From a bacterium (lineage in GTDB: Bacteria; SM23-31), in the NCBI GenBank assembly GCA_965249485.1, contig OZ252239.1, forward strand, positions 2,624,001-2,688,000: a DNA stretch of 64,000 bases, given 5' to 3'. The position numbers were made by a program, and so were the translations under genes. Within the stretch, counting starts at the first letter, position 1. Every line of letters begins with the position of its first letter. Of this stretch, positions 30,267-40,719 are shown piece by piece. Below the pieces are notes generated by a model. It made no database searches. It was not told the DNA's origin and saw only the letters and a program-made list of their open reading frames with translations.

Positions 30267-31436
30267 TTACTTATTTTTGATTTCTGATAATTCTTGATAT
30301 CTTTCCATTGCATTTTTCAGCTTGTCTTCAATCCCTTCAATTTCCAGACGGCCCAGCTGAGCATACAGAATCATGAGTGATTCCCAAGCGACAACATCTG
30401 TTCCATCAAGTTCAGATACGCGTTCCATGTAAGGTAAAATTGAGTTTATCTCTTGTTCGGAAAGTTGGGTACCTGAATTTATTTTATCAATTATACTATT
30501 CCAAAGAGTGTACGCAACCCGTTTTGCAATTGCGGGATCATTCTGATTTCTATTGCTTAATTCCAGAAAAATTGCCTGAGCTTTTGATTCATCACCTGAA
30601 TCAAATAAAGACTTTCCAAGATATGACAAAATATCGACATTTTCAGGATCGGTTTCACGCATCTGACTAAAAAAATCTACTGCTTCATTATATTGCTCAA
30701 GCTGTGTAAAGCAATAATCGATTTGCTCAAGCATCATTGAAAGTTCATCTGGTCTTACCTCTATGATTTTCATAAATAACGCCAGAGCTTCTGAAAGCAG
30801 ATCATTTCTGTGAGCATTATCCTTTTCAGTTTGCCTGAGTTTAATGTTTGCCAGGTTGTAAAGCGCAAGATAGCTTTCAGGATTAGCTTCAATTGTCATT
30901 TCAAGGTATTTCTCAGCTTCTTCATCATTTTCCAATTGAAGATATGAAGCTGAGATCATCTCTAATGATGATGAGCTGTTTGTCATTGGGTACGATGCTA
31001 TAAAAAGCTCTATCGCTTTTCTATAGGATGCGTCGCTCTGATTTTTGTCAATTACAAGAAGAGAATCTCCTTTACCATAATAATCAAGACCATCATTGTA
31101 CAAGGAAACAAATGCAAATTCATAACCATTGTCAATATACAATTTCTGCATCTGGGCGCTGCTACTCGTTGACTCCCCTATGATCTGTGTTGAAGCATCA
31201 AAATACTCCTTCATCTTTACAAAATCGCCTTCCTCCAAATAAATGCGACCAAGATGATAAAGGGCGTCGACATTTTGAGGATTCTCGTTCAGGGCTAGCA
31301 AAAACTGTTCTTTGGCAAGCACATATTCTTGTTTCTCAAAATGAGTAACACCAGATTTCGTAAATGATGCTGCACATTGCATCATACAAAAACTCATGCA
31401 GGCTAAAACCATGAATTTTAAAAAGTTGAGCTTCAC
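30267..31436 (-). CDS. TPR-repeat lipoprotein
   Basis: GAGGAGG RBS before GTG at 31436. Signal ending MMQC. Several TPRs (ALYHLGRIY, ALYNLANI). Confidence 0.75.
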   Translation of the reverse strand: MKLNFLKFMVLACMSFCMMQCAASFTKSGVTHFEKQEYVLAKEQFLLALNENPQNVDALYHLGRIYLEEGDFVKMKEYFDASTQIIGESTSSSAQMQKLYIDNGYEFAFVSLYNDGLDYYGKGDSLLVIDKNQSDASYRKAIELFIASYPMTNSSSSLEMISASYLQLENDEEAEKYLEMTIEANPESYLALYNLANIKLRQTEKDNAHRNDLLSEALALFMKIIEVRPDELSMMLEQIDYCFTQLEQYNEAVDFFSQMRETDPENVDILSYLGKSLFDSGDESKAQAIFLELSNRNQNDPAIAKRVAYTLWNSIIDKINSGTQLSEQEINSILPYMERVSELDGTDVVAWESLMILYAQLGRLEIEGIEDKLKNAMERYQELSEIKNK

Positions 31437-31581
31437 ATTATCCTCCTCATAATCATTAATAGTATTCAAAACCTCAATTGTTGTATTACTTTTGGCTGTG
31501 CGAATTAATAAACCACAATAAAATACAAAATTATGTCTTTTAAATCAATATTATTGTAATATTGTATGTACTTAATAAGTA

Positions 31582-32640
31582 TTAAGGTATAGTTTTATTC
31601 AGATTTTCCCAGTTTCCGTATGGTTGTTTATATATCCCCTCGTCTGTTATAATCGCAGAGATAAGGTTAGCGGGCGTAACATCAAAAGCAGGATTGTATA
31701 CATCGACGTTTTCAGGCGCATTCAAAGTGTCATGAAAACACGTTACTTCCTGGCTGTCTCTATGCTCGATTTCTATGTCCTCACCTGAATGAAGCGTAAA
31801 ATCAAATGTTGTATAAGGAGCAGCAACATAAAAGGGAATATTGTGCGTATGGCAAGCAAGAGCTAATGAATAGGTTCCGATTTTATTTGCAGTGTCGCCA
31901 TTTGATGCAATTCTGTCAGCTCCTACTATTGCACAGCTGATTCCTCCCTTTTGTAACAATCCTGCTGCTGCGCCATCACATAGTAACGTAACCGGAATAC
32001 CCAATTGCTGACATTCCCACGTTGTTAAACGTGCACCTTGCAGTAAAGGTCGTGTTTCATCTGCATAAACATGTACTTTTTTACCATTGCAATGGGCTGT
32101 GTATACAATTCCTAAAGCGGTTCCAATCCCTGCTGTAACGAGCATTCCCGTATTGCAGTGAGTAATAATATTGTCTCCGTCACATATGAGGTCCGAACCG
32201 TACTTTCCGATTCGGTAGCATAATTCGCAATCTTCGTTATAAAGCCTATTTGCTTCTTGAGTAAGTTCTTTGATTTTAATAGAGGACAATCTCTCATCGT
32301 GAGTATCCAAAACTGACCGCATGCGCTCTGTCACAAAAAATACATTACGTGCGGTAGGGCGGGCAGATTCAATTTCATCGAGAGCGCTATTTACCCATCC
32401 ACTGAAATCACTTTGATTGAGATTTTTTCCTTCTATTGCTGCCAGCACCGTAGCATAACCGGCTGCTATTCCAATAGCGGGTGCGCCTCTGATTTTGAGA
32501 ATTTTTATGGCATCAATAACTTCACGGTAATTTGAAGTTGTAACAGTGAGAAAATTGTTTGGCAATGCCGTTTGGTCAATAAATTGTAGAGCGTCATTAT
32601 TCCATTCCAATGCTTTTACCGGTTGTTCCACAATGCTCAT
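31582..32640 (-). CDS. mtnA: Methylthioribose-1-phosphate isomerase
   Basis: IRGAPAIG, THCNTG, DETRPLLQGARLT, NKIGTY and NPAFDVTP motifs. Confidence 0.95.
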   Translation of the reverse strand: MSIVEQPVKALEWNNDALQFIDQTALPNNFLTVTTSNYREVIDAIKILKIRGAPAIGIAAGYATVLAAIEGKNLNQSDFSGWVNSALDEIESARPTARNVFFVTERMRSVLDTHDERLSSIKIKELTQEANRLYNEDCELCYRIGKYGSDLICDGDNIITHCNTGMLVTAGIGTALGIVYTAHCNGKKVHVYADETRPLLQGARLTTWECQQLGIPVTLLCDGAAAGLLQKGGISCAIVGADRIASNGDTANKIGTYSLALACHTHNIPFYVAAPYTTFDFTLHSGEDIEIEHRDSQEVTCFHDTLNAPENVDVYNPAFDVTPANLISAIITDEGIYKQPYGNWENLNKTIP

Positions 32641-32646
32641 AAGTAA

Positions 32647-33063
32647 TTATTCTCCGAGAATTTGTAATATTAAAGATCTGGAACGCGGACGGTTATCACA
32701 ATCGATTAACACAATTTGTTGCCATGTTCCAAGAAGCAGCACACTATTCGTAAATGGCACATTCAGTGAAGGGCCTATCATTGCTGAGCGCACGTGAGAA
32801 TGGACGTTCCCATCCCCCCATGCAAGATTATGCTGATACTCTCTGGATTCAGGTATTATTTCATCAAGTAAACGTTTCAAGTCGGCAATTGCACCCGATT
32901 CATATTCTATTGTTGTTATTCCAGCTGTTGAGCCGGGCACAAATATAATAACAGCACCATTCTGAATATTACTTTTTTTAACTGCTTCTTGGACAGATTC
33001 CGTTATGTTTATAATGTCATTATTTCCTTTTGTTGATAACGAAATTGTTTCACTCACTACCAT
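32647..33063 (-). CDS. YjbQ (UPF0047) family protein
   Basis: GSTAGITTIE, DGNVHSHVRS and LGTWQQI motifs. Confidence 0.88.
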   Translation of the reverse strand: MVVSETISLSTKGNNDIINITESVQEAVKKSNIQNGAVIIFVPGSTAGITTIEYESGAIADLKRLLDEIIPESREYQHNLAWGDGNVHSHVRSAMIGPSLNVPFTNSVLLLGTWQQIVLIDCDNRPRSRSLILQILGE

Positions 33064-35281
33064 ACTCATCTCCATTGTGTATATACATCAATATTTGAAA
33101 ATAATTTCCTTCTACAGCTTCGACACCGTCATATGGCTGTGGTGTGATTCTTTCAAAAAATGGAAAATTCCTCAGATAGATAACATACTCTGCAAGTGAA
33201 CGCTCATGGTCGCCCGATGTAGTTTTTCCCTTGATCAGAATTCTGCGCGGAGCTAAAATGGTCTGAAATTCATTGCCCGATATAATGTTTTCAGTTTGTC
33301 TTTCAAGAATCATCATTGAGTTAATTACAATATCACGGGGCAATTTGTGATTCGACAATGCAAGTAAGATATTTTTTATTGAATCATGTCGAATTTGAAT
33401 ATTAAGCTGATCAGCCACAAAATATTGGAAATCGGATGCAGCTCGCATTTGCTCTTGCAGGCTAAAGTACTCATTCCTTTGGGGCATCCTGCTTTCCAGC
33501 TCGCTTTTCACAACATTTAACTGAGCCTGATAACTGGAAAAGGAATTATTCAAGTCATACGTTTCTTTTGCTATGAATGAGGCTGAAATCAAACTAATCA
33601 GGGCAATTCCCAAAAAAATCAAGTTGGTTTGCTTTTTTGTCTGTAACTGCTTAGGTAGAAGATTGAGTTTATTCGATTCGTCCAAAGCAAGACCGACAGA
33701 ACCGGATATAATATGTGCATCCTGCAGCACTTGATCAATTTCAGTAACATCTCGCCCAATTGTCAGATTGTTTAAATAGGAATAGTGCATTACCGGAAGA
33801 TTCAATTTATCTTCAAGTTTATCGCGCAGGTTTGCTATATTAGCTCCCCCTCCTGTAATTAATATTGAATGTATTGGAGATTCTGGAAATGTTGACATAT
33901 AGTAATCCAGGCTCCTTTGTACATCATTTACCATTTTTTCAATATCATTATATAGCATTATTCCTGTTCGCGCTACCGGAAAATCATATTCAGTCTTCTC
34001 CTCAGTGTTTGTGCTCATAACTCCATATGTCTTCAACAGATCTTCAGCTCTTTTTCTACTTATATCTATTTCCTGATCATTAATGACATGTGATCCGGTG
34101 AGTGATTTAATGAAGTCATCAACACCAATTTCAAATGTTCTTATCAATTTCAGCGTATTATTGCCCGCAAAAATCAGTTGCGATTTATCAGATCCGATAT
34201 CAAATAAAGCAACTCCTGCCACTAATTCCTGAGGGTAGAAATGAGCAAGATTGTGCTGAATAGCCATATGTGGAAGAGTTACCTTTTGAGGCGAAATGCC
34301 ACATTCCCTCAGAGCTTGCAACCATAACTCTAACTCATCCTGATCAATAATATAAATCCGCAAATGAATTTGAGAAGAATCTTGAGACTCGATTTTTTCA
34401 ATAACTTCATATTCAATATGAGGATTTTTTATTGTCTCGGGAACCATTTTTTGTGCTCTGAACATGATGGCCTGATCGAGCTCCTTACTATCCAAAGCGG
34501 GCATGGTCTCGGATGTGATGATCACTGGAAGATTTGAAATCATTACCGAAACATCAGCAATTGCAAGCAAATCAAGTGGAAGAATTTTTTGAAGGGCGAG
34601 TATTGTTTTACTTCTAAATATCTCTGCCGAATCTTCCGGTTTCCGCCCAATATCATTTATTCTGTAGCGGTCTAATATGCTCTGAGACTTTTTCTTTCTT
34701 ATTTGAGCAAATTTCACATTATTCGTTCCCAACTCAAATCCAAGGACAATATTGCTTCGGATAAATAGCTTTCTAAGCTTATTCAATAAATCTATAATAA
34801 AAAATCGTTTTGCTACCCGAAATATTTCCCCTTCTTCCTCTTCTTCCATAGTAAGCAGGTCTTCGATTGAGCCATCGTCTTTCCCCTCTTCCTGCATTAC
34901 GAGCTTCTCTTCATCGAACTCTTCGGCTTCGCTGTATTTTATGCCCGACTGAAGGCTTTCGATGTCGTGAAGCATTCCAACATCATCAATTCTGTGAAAA
35001 TATCGCCACCCAAGTAATCGAAGAATTCGGCTTAATAATTTTTGTTTTGTCGGCGCATAGGGTAACTGCTCTGCAATTTCTGCTCGGTCTTCCGAAGTCT
35101 GTTCGGCTTCATTTATCAAAGAACTTCTGATTAAGTTGATAAACTCGTAATCCTGAAACGTACTTGATACATCTTCTTGTTTGAGTTGCTCAAGAATATG
35201 ATCTTCCTTGACAATTATGGTTTTTTCTTCCGGATTTTCGAGAAACAGATCAATAGTTTTGCTTTGATTTGAATCAAACAT
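33050..35281 (-). CDS. PilM-like ATPase-fold protein with acidic N-terminal extension, fused to a TM + PilN-like domain
   Basis: LGFELG, LFDIGS, RSLDYY and LITGGGAN (PilM). NLLP + TM + coiled coil + ILIKG...LRNFPFF (PilN). Confidence 0.75.
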   Translation of the reverse strand: MFDSNQSKTIDLFLENPEEKTIIVKEDHILEQLKQEDVSSTFQDYEFINLIRSSLINEAEQTSEDRAEIAEQLPYAPTKQKLLSRILRLLGWRYFHRIDDVGMLHDIESLQSGIKYSEAEEFDEEKLVMQEEGKDDGSIEDLLTMEEEEEGEIFRVAKRFFIIDLLNKLRKLFIRSNIVLGFELGTNNVKFAQIRKKKSQSILDRYRINDIGRKPEDSAEIFRSKTILALQKILPLDLLAIADVSVMISNLPVIITSETMPALDSKELDQAIMFRAQKMVPETIKNPHIEYEVIEKIESQDSSQIHLRIYIIDQDELELWLQALRECGISPQKVTLPHMAIQHNLAHFYPQELVAGVALFDIGSDKSQLIFAGNNTLKLIRTFEIGVDDFIKSLTGSHVINDQEIDISRKRAEDLLKTYGVMSTNTEEKTEYDFPVARTGIMLYNDIEKMVNDVQRSLDYYMSTFPESPIHSILITGGGANIANLRDKLEDKLNLPVMHYSYLNNLTIGRDVTEIDQVLQDAHIISGSVGLALDESNKLNLLPKQLQTKKQTNLIFLGIALISLISASFIAKETYDLNNSFSSYQAQLNVVKSELESRMPQRNEYFSLQEQMRAASDFQYFVADQLNIQIRHDSIKNILLALSNHKLPRDIVINSMMILERQTENIISGNEFQTILAPRRILIKGKTTSGDHERSLAEYVIYLRNFPFFERITPQPYDGVEAVEGNYFQILMYIHNGDEYGSE

Positions 35282-35329
35282 TACAGTTGTTCTCTTGAGA
35301 AAGTATAATACACCAAACTTTTTATTCCA

Positions 35330-37108
35330 TTATGAACTACTCATTGCTTCAATTCTAATATCTTTCAAAAATTCCGAAAATTGACTATTTTTTTTCATGT
35401 TAATCAGCTCAGGATCACGTACCATTTGACTCAGTACCATATTATTATCAAAAGTGAATGCTCGGCGCAATTGTTTTATTCCATCATCCACTTTGTTAAG
35501 CGCAAAGTATACACAAGAAATATTATAGAGGATTTTTGGATTGTCACTTTCTGATTTGAAGGCTTTTTGATACCATGAGAGAGCCTCATCATATTTTTTG
35601 ATAGTATGATATACTAATCCGAGCAGATAGAGAGATTTTGTGTAATGAGGATCTATCAACAACGCTTTCTTGCAGCTTTCTAAGGTGCGTTGATATTCGC
35701 CAAGTTTATATTGACAAACACCCATATTGAGATAGAACCGTTTTTCATCAGGGACAAGCTTCAAACCTTCCTGAAATTCTCGCAATCATCCACGGAAATT
35801 GTTTAATTGGTAATAACTGTTACCAAAACGGAGCCGCTTTATGCCTTCTTCCTGGACATCTTCTTGCGTATAATAAAGGTCTACTTTTTGTACAAGTTCT
35901 TCCTCTTCGATTCCCTGAGCAATATTTTTAGAACTCCATTTTGCCTTGCCAAACAGTTTCGATGATGGAATTTTCAACATGAATGAGTAAGAGTATTCCT
36001 CATCAATTTTCAGATATGATATTTTTTCAATAGTGAGCGTTTTATGCGTATCGGTAGCGGTTTCCCACATTATTGGCTCTTTGCTATTTTTGTCAAAGAT
36101 CGATGCTATTATGTAAACGTTTTCTACATCCCGGGTACCACTGTTTTTTATGTTTCCTGTAATCAGAAACTCATCATCTTCCTGAGACCAATCTTCCTCC
36201 AGAATCTCTATTTTTTTCTCGCCAAACTCCTCCTCTATAACTGACGGAGCTTCATCAACATCCCGGAAAGTTAATTTAGTGCGCACACTATCAGCATATT
36301 GTACAAATATTCTTGTTTTGTACTGCCCCGAAGCGACTCTTTTCTCTATTAGAGCTGGAGTCAAATTGTTATCCTCAAGAATTTTCATTGAGGGAAGCCT
36401 GCAAGAAAAATCAAAATCTGCTCTGCCATTCGAATCGATTTGTTCAAAAAGTTGATTGCCATGAATATTGTATTCATTCTCTTCGCTTGTTAACGTGATA
36501 GTTTCACCATAGCTGTTTTCAAGTATTCCATGCACATAGAAATTCTTAATCTCTTTATTGCCAATATTTTTAATTTGTCCGGTACAATTAAACTCCTTTA
36601 GTGTCTTTTGTTTATTATGTACCGCCTGCCATTGCGGCCGAATGAGCTTAATTTTTTCCAAAAGCTCGTCTTTAAACCACTCTTGCGTTTCATTGTCCAA
36701 CACATTTGTATCATATATAAGGAATACTTTCTGACTGTAAATATCATTTAAAATTTTATTCTCTAATGTGCGTATGCCGAGACTACCGGTCAGAAGTGTA
36801 CGACTTGGAGGAAAAGCGATAGTGATTTCGAACGGAAGGGCATCGCCAGGTTTTATTGGCGGCAATATGGTGTAATCCGCAGCTTTATAAATCGCTAGTT
36901 TTTTGGTAAGAAGCTGAAACGTTTTGTTGGATTTTTTGCTGATGATCGCAGCTACAACAATGGCATTTTTAATCTCAGACAGTCCAGTGTTTTTCACTTC
37001 TCCATGAACAGCGAAACTGGTGAGACCGCTGTCAGAAACTGCACTGCTTTGCCACTCTTCACGGATAACAGTAAGATTGACAATTTTTTTTATGTATTTT
37101 TCGCCCAT
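35330..37108 (-). CDS. Three FxLYD-like domains + TPR protein, interrupted by an in-frame TGA at 35786-35788 (readthrough, selenocysteine or nonsense)
   Basis: The track ORFs 35786..37108 and 35330..35785 are in the same frame with only the TGA between them. A TPR repeat runs across the stop: FGNSYYQLNNFRG*LREFQEGLKLVP. Confidence 0.7.
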
Positions 37109-37226
37109 CCTGAGGCATTAAATGCTCTTTAAACAGAGAGAAAATATAAACATAATCGATTTATAATGCAAGAAATTCATTGGTGAACAAGTAAAGAATA
37201 AACTAATACTAACTTCCAAAAAATGT

Positions 37227-37883
37227 TTATGTATTATTGTATCGACATTTACTATTGAACGGACATTGAGTGCAGAGTGGTGATTTTTTACAATATTGCT
37301 TACCAAACGTAATGAATAGTGCATGGAATTCATTGAATACTGCTATATTATTTGGAAATGCACTTTCACACAATAGCTTTATTGATCTATATGATGCATC
37401 TGAATCAACAAAACCAATTCTATTTAAAATTCTTTTTGTATATGCGTCTACTACAAAGCTTGGTATATTCAGGGCATAAAGTAAAATGCAATCTGCAGTT
37501 TCATCACCAATACCGTAAATACTCAAAAGGTTTCCTCGTAACAAGCTGTAATCTACTTGAGCCATACTCTCTATCTTATTGTTATAATTACACTTAAAGA
37601 ATTTTAAAAATGCTTTCAGTTGTTTGCTTTTTTGATTATAAAATCCTGTAGAGCGAATCAATAGTCCTAATTCCTTTGCGGGTAGAGCATACATGCGTTC
37701 TGGCGTCATTAGGCCACAATTTTTCAGATTATTGATTGCGGATTCAACATTTTTCCATGATGTGTTTTGGGTTAGAATTGCACCGACGATTACTTCAAAA
37801 GGAGTTTCTGCAGGCCACCAATGCTGTGGACCAAACATGTAAAATAGTTTATCATAAAGTTGTTGTAAGGTGGGAAGATCCAT
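37227..37883 (-). CDS. Endonuclease III-related HhH-GPD DNA glycosylase
   Basis: WWPAETPFEV, GIGDETAD and VVDAY motifs, C-x6-C-x2-C-x5-C FeS motif. Confidence 0.9.
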   Translation of the reverse strand: MDLPTLQQLYDKLFYMFGPQHWWPAETPFEVIVGAILTQNTSWKNVESAINNLKNCGLMTPERMYALPAKELGLLIRSTGFYNQKSKQLKAFLKFFKCNYNNKIESMAQVDYSLLRGNLLSIYGIGDETADCILLYALNIPSFVVDAYTKRILNRIGFVDSDASYRSIKLLCESAFPNNIAVFNEFHALFITFGKQYCKKSPLCTQCPFNSKCRYNNT

Positions 37884-37903
37884 AAGAAAGGTAAATTAGT
37901 CTT

Positions 37904-38647
37904 TTATAAAGCAGCACTCTTGCGTTTTATCTCAAACATAATAATCCCGGACGCCACAGAAGCGTTCAGTGAGTCAATACCTGCCTTAATGGGAATTGCT
38001 ATAATTTCATCGCAATATTCGCGAATTAATTTCCTCATCCCCTTTCCTTCGGAACCAATAACTAGGACAAGTGGACTATTATAGGACATATCATATAGAA
38101 AGGAATTTGAATCGCTGTCACTTCCGTAAATCCAGAATCCTTCTTCTTTTAATTGTGTAAGAGTTCGTGACATATTTATCACTTCGCAGAGAGGGATGCG
38201 AAAACATGCGCCCGACGACGATGAAGCGACAACAGCAGTAATAGGTGCCTGTCTCCGCTTCTGAAATATAACACCGTCAAATCCGGCACCGAGAGCTGAT
38301 CTGATTATTGCACCAAAATTATGTGGATCAACAACTTCATCGACCGCAACGAACATCCGATTACTTATATTATTATCGGTAAATTGTTTCAAAAATGACT
38401 TCAATGAAGTGAATACAGGCACCTTGTCAAGCAGTACACATATGCCTCCGGAACGCGCACCTCTTGAAATCGCGTCTATTGCCTTCTTCGGAAGCAGTTC
38501 AATGCTGGTACCGGGTGATTTTTTCTGAATAGAACTGCATAAGTTTTTACACTCTTTCAAATTCTGGGATATAAATACTTTTTTTAAAGGTATTTTTGCA
38601 GTAATTGCTTCATATAAAGCATTTTTTCCAAAAATGTATTCGGACAT
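37904..38647 (-). CDS. rlmB: 23S rRNA Gm2251 methyltransferase RlmB
   Basis: DPHNFGAIIRSA, GSEGKG and SLNASVA motifs. Confidence 0.9.
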   Translation of the reverse strand: MSEYIFGKNALYEAITAKIPLKKVFISQNLKECKNLCSSIQKKSPGTSIELLPKKAIDAISRGARSGGICVLLDKVPVFTSLKSFLKQFTDNNISNRMFVAVDEVVDPHNFGAIIRSALGAGFDGVIFQKRRQAPITAVVASSSSGACFRIPLCEVINMSRTLTQLKEEGFWIYGSDSDSNSFLYDMSYNSPLVLVIGSEGKGMRKLIREYCDEIIAIPIKAGIDSLNASVASGIIMFEIKRKSAAL

Positions 38648-38678
38648 GCGTACTCACTGATTAAATTGTGTAATATTT

Positions 38679-38705
38679 TATTAATTCATCTCAATCTGCC
38701 GATAA
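38679..38705 (+). promoter_or_regulatory. Putative sigma28 promoter
   Basis: Perfect -10 GCCGATAA (38698-38705). Degenerate -35 TATTAATT 11 nt upstream. Confidence 0.5.
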
Positions 38706-38729
38706 TATAAGTGGAGGAGGAATCAACAA

Positions 38730-39101
38730 ATGACAAGGATTGTCTCAAATCTATTCGATAGATCCTTTATTGGATATACCAATCGTCTGCAGAGTATTGC
38801 TGCTGACAAATCAGTCACTATTCAAAAATCTCCTGAAATTGTAGTCCATGATTTTTTTGATCTGAATTCAAAGAGCCGTTTAGAATTCTTTTATATGCTT
38901 GGACAAAAGTCGGGTGACGAAATGAACACAATAACAAAACTTATAGCGGCGCTCTTAAAAAAAGGTATTGTTGGATACGAGTACTTAAACGTCAATAATA
39001 AACCCTACAAATCATTTATTACGACACAAATTGGCAGTCAGAAGTTGTATGGCAAAAAACTCTATACTAACCGGACTCCTTCTTCTAACTTCATAATATA
39101 A
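38730..39101 (+). CDS. Hypothetical protein (123 aa)
   Basis: Strong GGAGGAGG RBS and its own promoter. No recognisable domain. Confidence 0.75.
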   Translation: MTRIVSNLFDRSFIGYTNRLQSIAADKSVTIQKSPEIVVHDFFDLNSKSRLEFFYMLGQKSGDEMNTITKLIAALLKKGIVGYEYLNVNNKPYKSFITTQIGSQKLYGKKLYTNRTPSSNFII

Positions 39102-39125
39102 TGCGAGTATTTTTATTGCTCAATA

Positions 39126-39683
39126 TTAATACAATTTCATATTGTTAGAAATTCGAAACTGTCTATACATTTCATAAGCCATAACCCCAAAAGCAGTGCT
39201 AACATTAAGCGATTGTTTCACACCCAACATCGGCAAGTCGACACAATCATCACACATATCCAATGTACTCTGCTCTATGCCTTCAAATTCATTACCCACT
39301 ATAATTGCAACAGGAAAAGGATACATGAATTCTTGAAAATCAACGCTGTTTTCGGTTTGTTCCAGCCCTATTATATGGATTCTTTTTCCTTTCAGATATG
39401 AAATAGCATCTTCAGTTTTTTTGAAACTCTGCCAAGGAACAGCCTCTACCGCTCCAAGTGCAGCTTTGTCTATCTCTTTTCTTGGGGGTCTTCCCGTATA
39501 ACCAGTCAGAATTACTTGCGAAAACCGGAGTCCGTCAGCTGTCCTAAATATTGAACCAACATTGTGTAGACTCCGAATATTTTCAACAATTACGTACAAC
39601 GGCAGTCTGGGTTTATTTTCGATATTATCAAGCGACAGTGACTTTTGCTTCAATTCTTCGAAACTATGTTTACGGTAATGCAT
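39126..39683 (-). CDS. TrmH/SpoU family RNA methyltransferase
   Basis: ENIRSLHNVGSIFRTAD, GNEFEG and SLNVS motifs. Confidence 0.9.
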   Translation of the reverse strand: MHYRKHSFEELKQKSLSLDNIENKPRLPLYVIVENIRSLHNVGSIFRTADGLRFSQVILTGYTGRPPRKEIDKAALGAVEAVPWQSFKKTEDAISYLKGKRIHIIGLEQTENSVDFQEFMYPFPVAIIVGNEFEGIEQSTLDMCDDCVDLPMLGVKQSLNVSTAFGVMAYEMYRQFRISNNMKLY

Positions 39684-39729
39684 ACATCTTTACTCTAAAA
39701 GTTGATTATTGATAAATCTCTTACAATTG

Positions 39730-40719
39730 TTATATCGTATATTGATCATTTTTATATAAGTTTTGGTTTTCTTTAATATATTCGATCGTATTTTTTATTC
39801 CATCTGACAATGAGTACTGAGATTTCCAATTCAACATTTCTTTTGCTTTTTTATTGTCACAAATCAGCTCCATCACTTCACTTTTTTCAGGCCTATCCCT
39901 ATTATTATCATGCTGAATATTTAGATTTTTATTCAATTGTTTTTGAATTTCAAGCACAATATCCTCAATTGTAACACCAACACCCGAGCCGATATTGACT
40001 ACATCACCTATTAATTGTTCGGATTCAGCTAACTTAACAAAACCATTAATTGAATCTTCCACATAATTCATATCACGCACAGGTGTCAAAATACCAAGAT
40101 TCAGCGTGTCACTTGTTAATGCCTGTGTAATTATTGTTGGTATTATTGCTCGAGCTGATTGACGTGGACCATAGGTGTTAAATGGCCTGAGAATTGATGC
40201 CGGAAGCGAAAAAGACAGCACATAGCTTTGCGTAATTTTTTCAGCACTAATTTTACTTGCAGAATATGGTGATTGAGCTTGAAGCGGATGATTTTCATTA
40301 ATAGGAGTATATTGTGCTGTTCCATATACTTCACTTGTGGAAGTAACAACAACTTTTTCAACATCATTCTCTAAACAAGACTGTAGTACATTAATAGTGC
40401 CCTCTACGTTAACCTTATAAAATAAAAGAGGGGCACTATATGAATATGGAATGGAAATGAGTGCAGCTAAATGGAACACAACATCAACATCTTTTATGAT
40501 TTTTTTTATAAAATTAAAATCTAAGATATCGCCTGCAATAACTTCAATTTTGCTTTGTTTGACTATTTCAGTATTTTCGAGGTGTCCCCAATTATTCATT
40601 GAATTATAATGTATTAGTGCCTTAACTCGAGAACCCTGATTTACAAGTGATTCAACAAGGTGACTTCCAATAAATCCACCTGCCCCGGTAACTAAAACTG
40701 TTTTATCAGAAATTCGCAC
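39730..40719 (-). CDS. NAD-dependent nucleotide-sugar 4,6-dehydratase (LegB-like)
   Basis: GAGGFIG, LAALISIPYSY, STSEVYG, YSASK and RPFNTYGPRQSARA motifs. Confidence 0.85.
   Translation of the reverse strand: MRISDKTVLVTGAGGFIGSHLVESLVNQGSRVKALIHYNSMNNWGHLENTEIVKQSKIEVIAGDILDFNFIKKIIKDVDVVFHLAALISIPYSYSAPLLFYKVNVEGTINVLQSCLENDVEKVVVTSTSEVYGTAQYTPINENHPLQAQSPYSASKISAEKITQSYVLSFSLPASILRPFNTYGPRQSARAIIPTIITQALTSDTLNLGILTPVRDMNYVEDSINGFVKLAESEQLIGDVVNIGSGVGVTIEDIVLEIQKQLNKNLNIQHDNNRDRPEKSEVMELICDNKKAKEMLNWKSQYSLSDGIKNTIEYIKENQNLYKNDQYTI

Noticed and set aside
35786..35788. Genome-wide UGA reassignment (code 4 or 25)
   Set aside because: Many genes end normally at TGA (for example 961-963 and tgt), and no other gene is interrupted.
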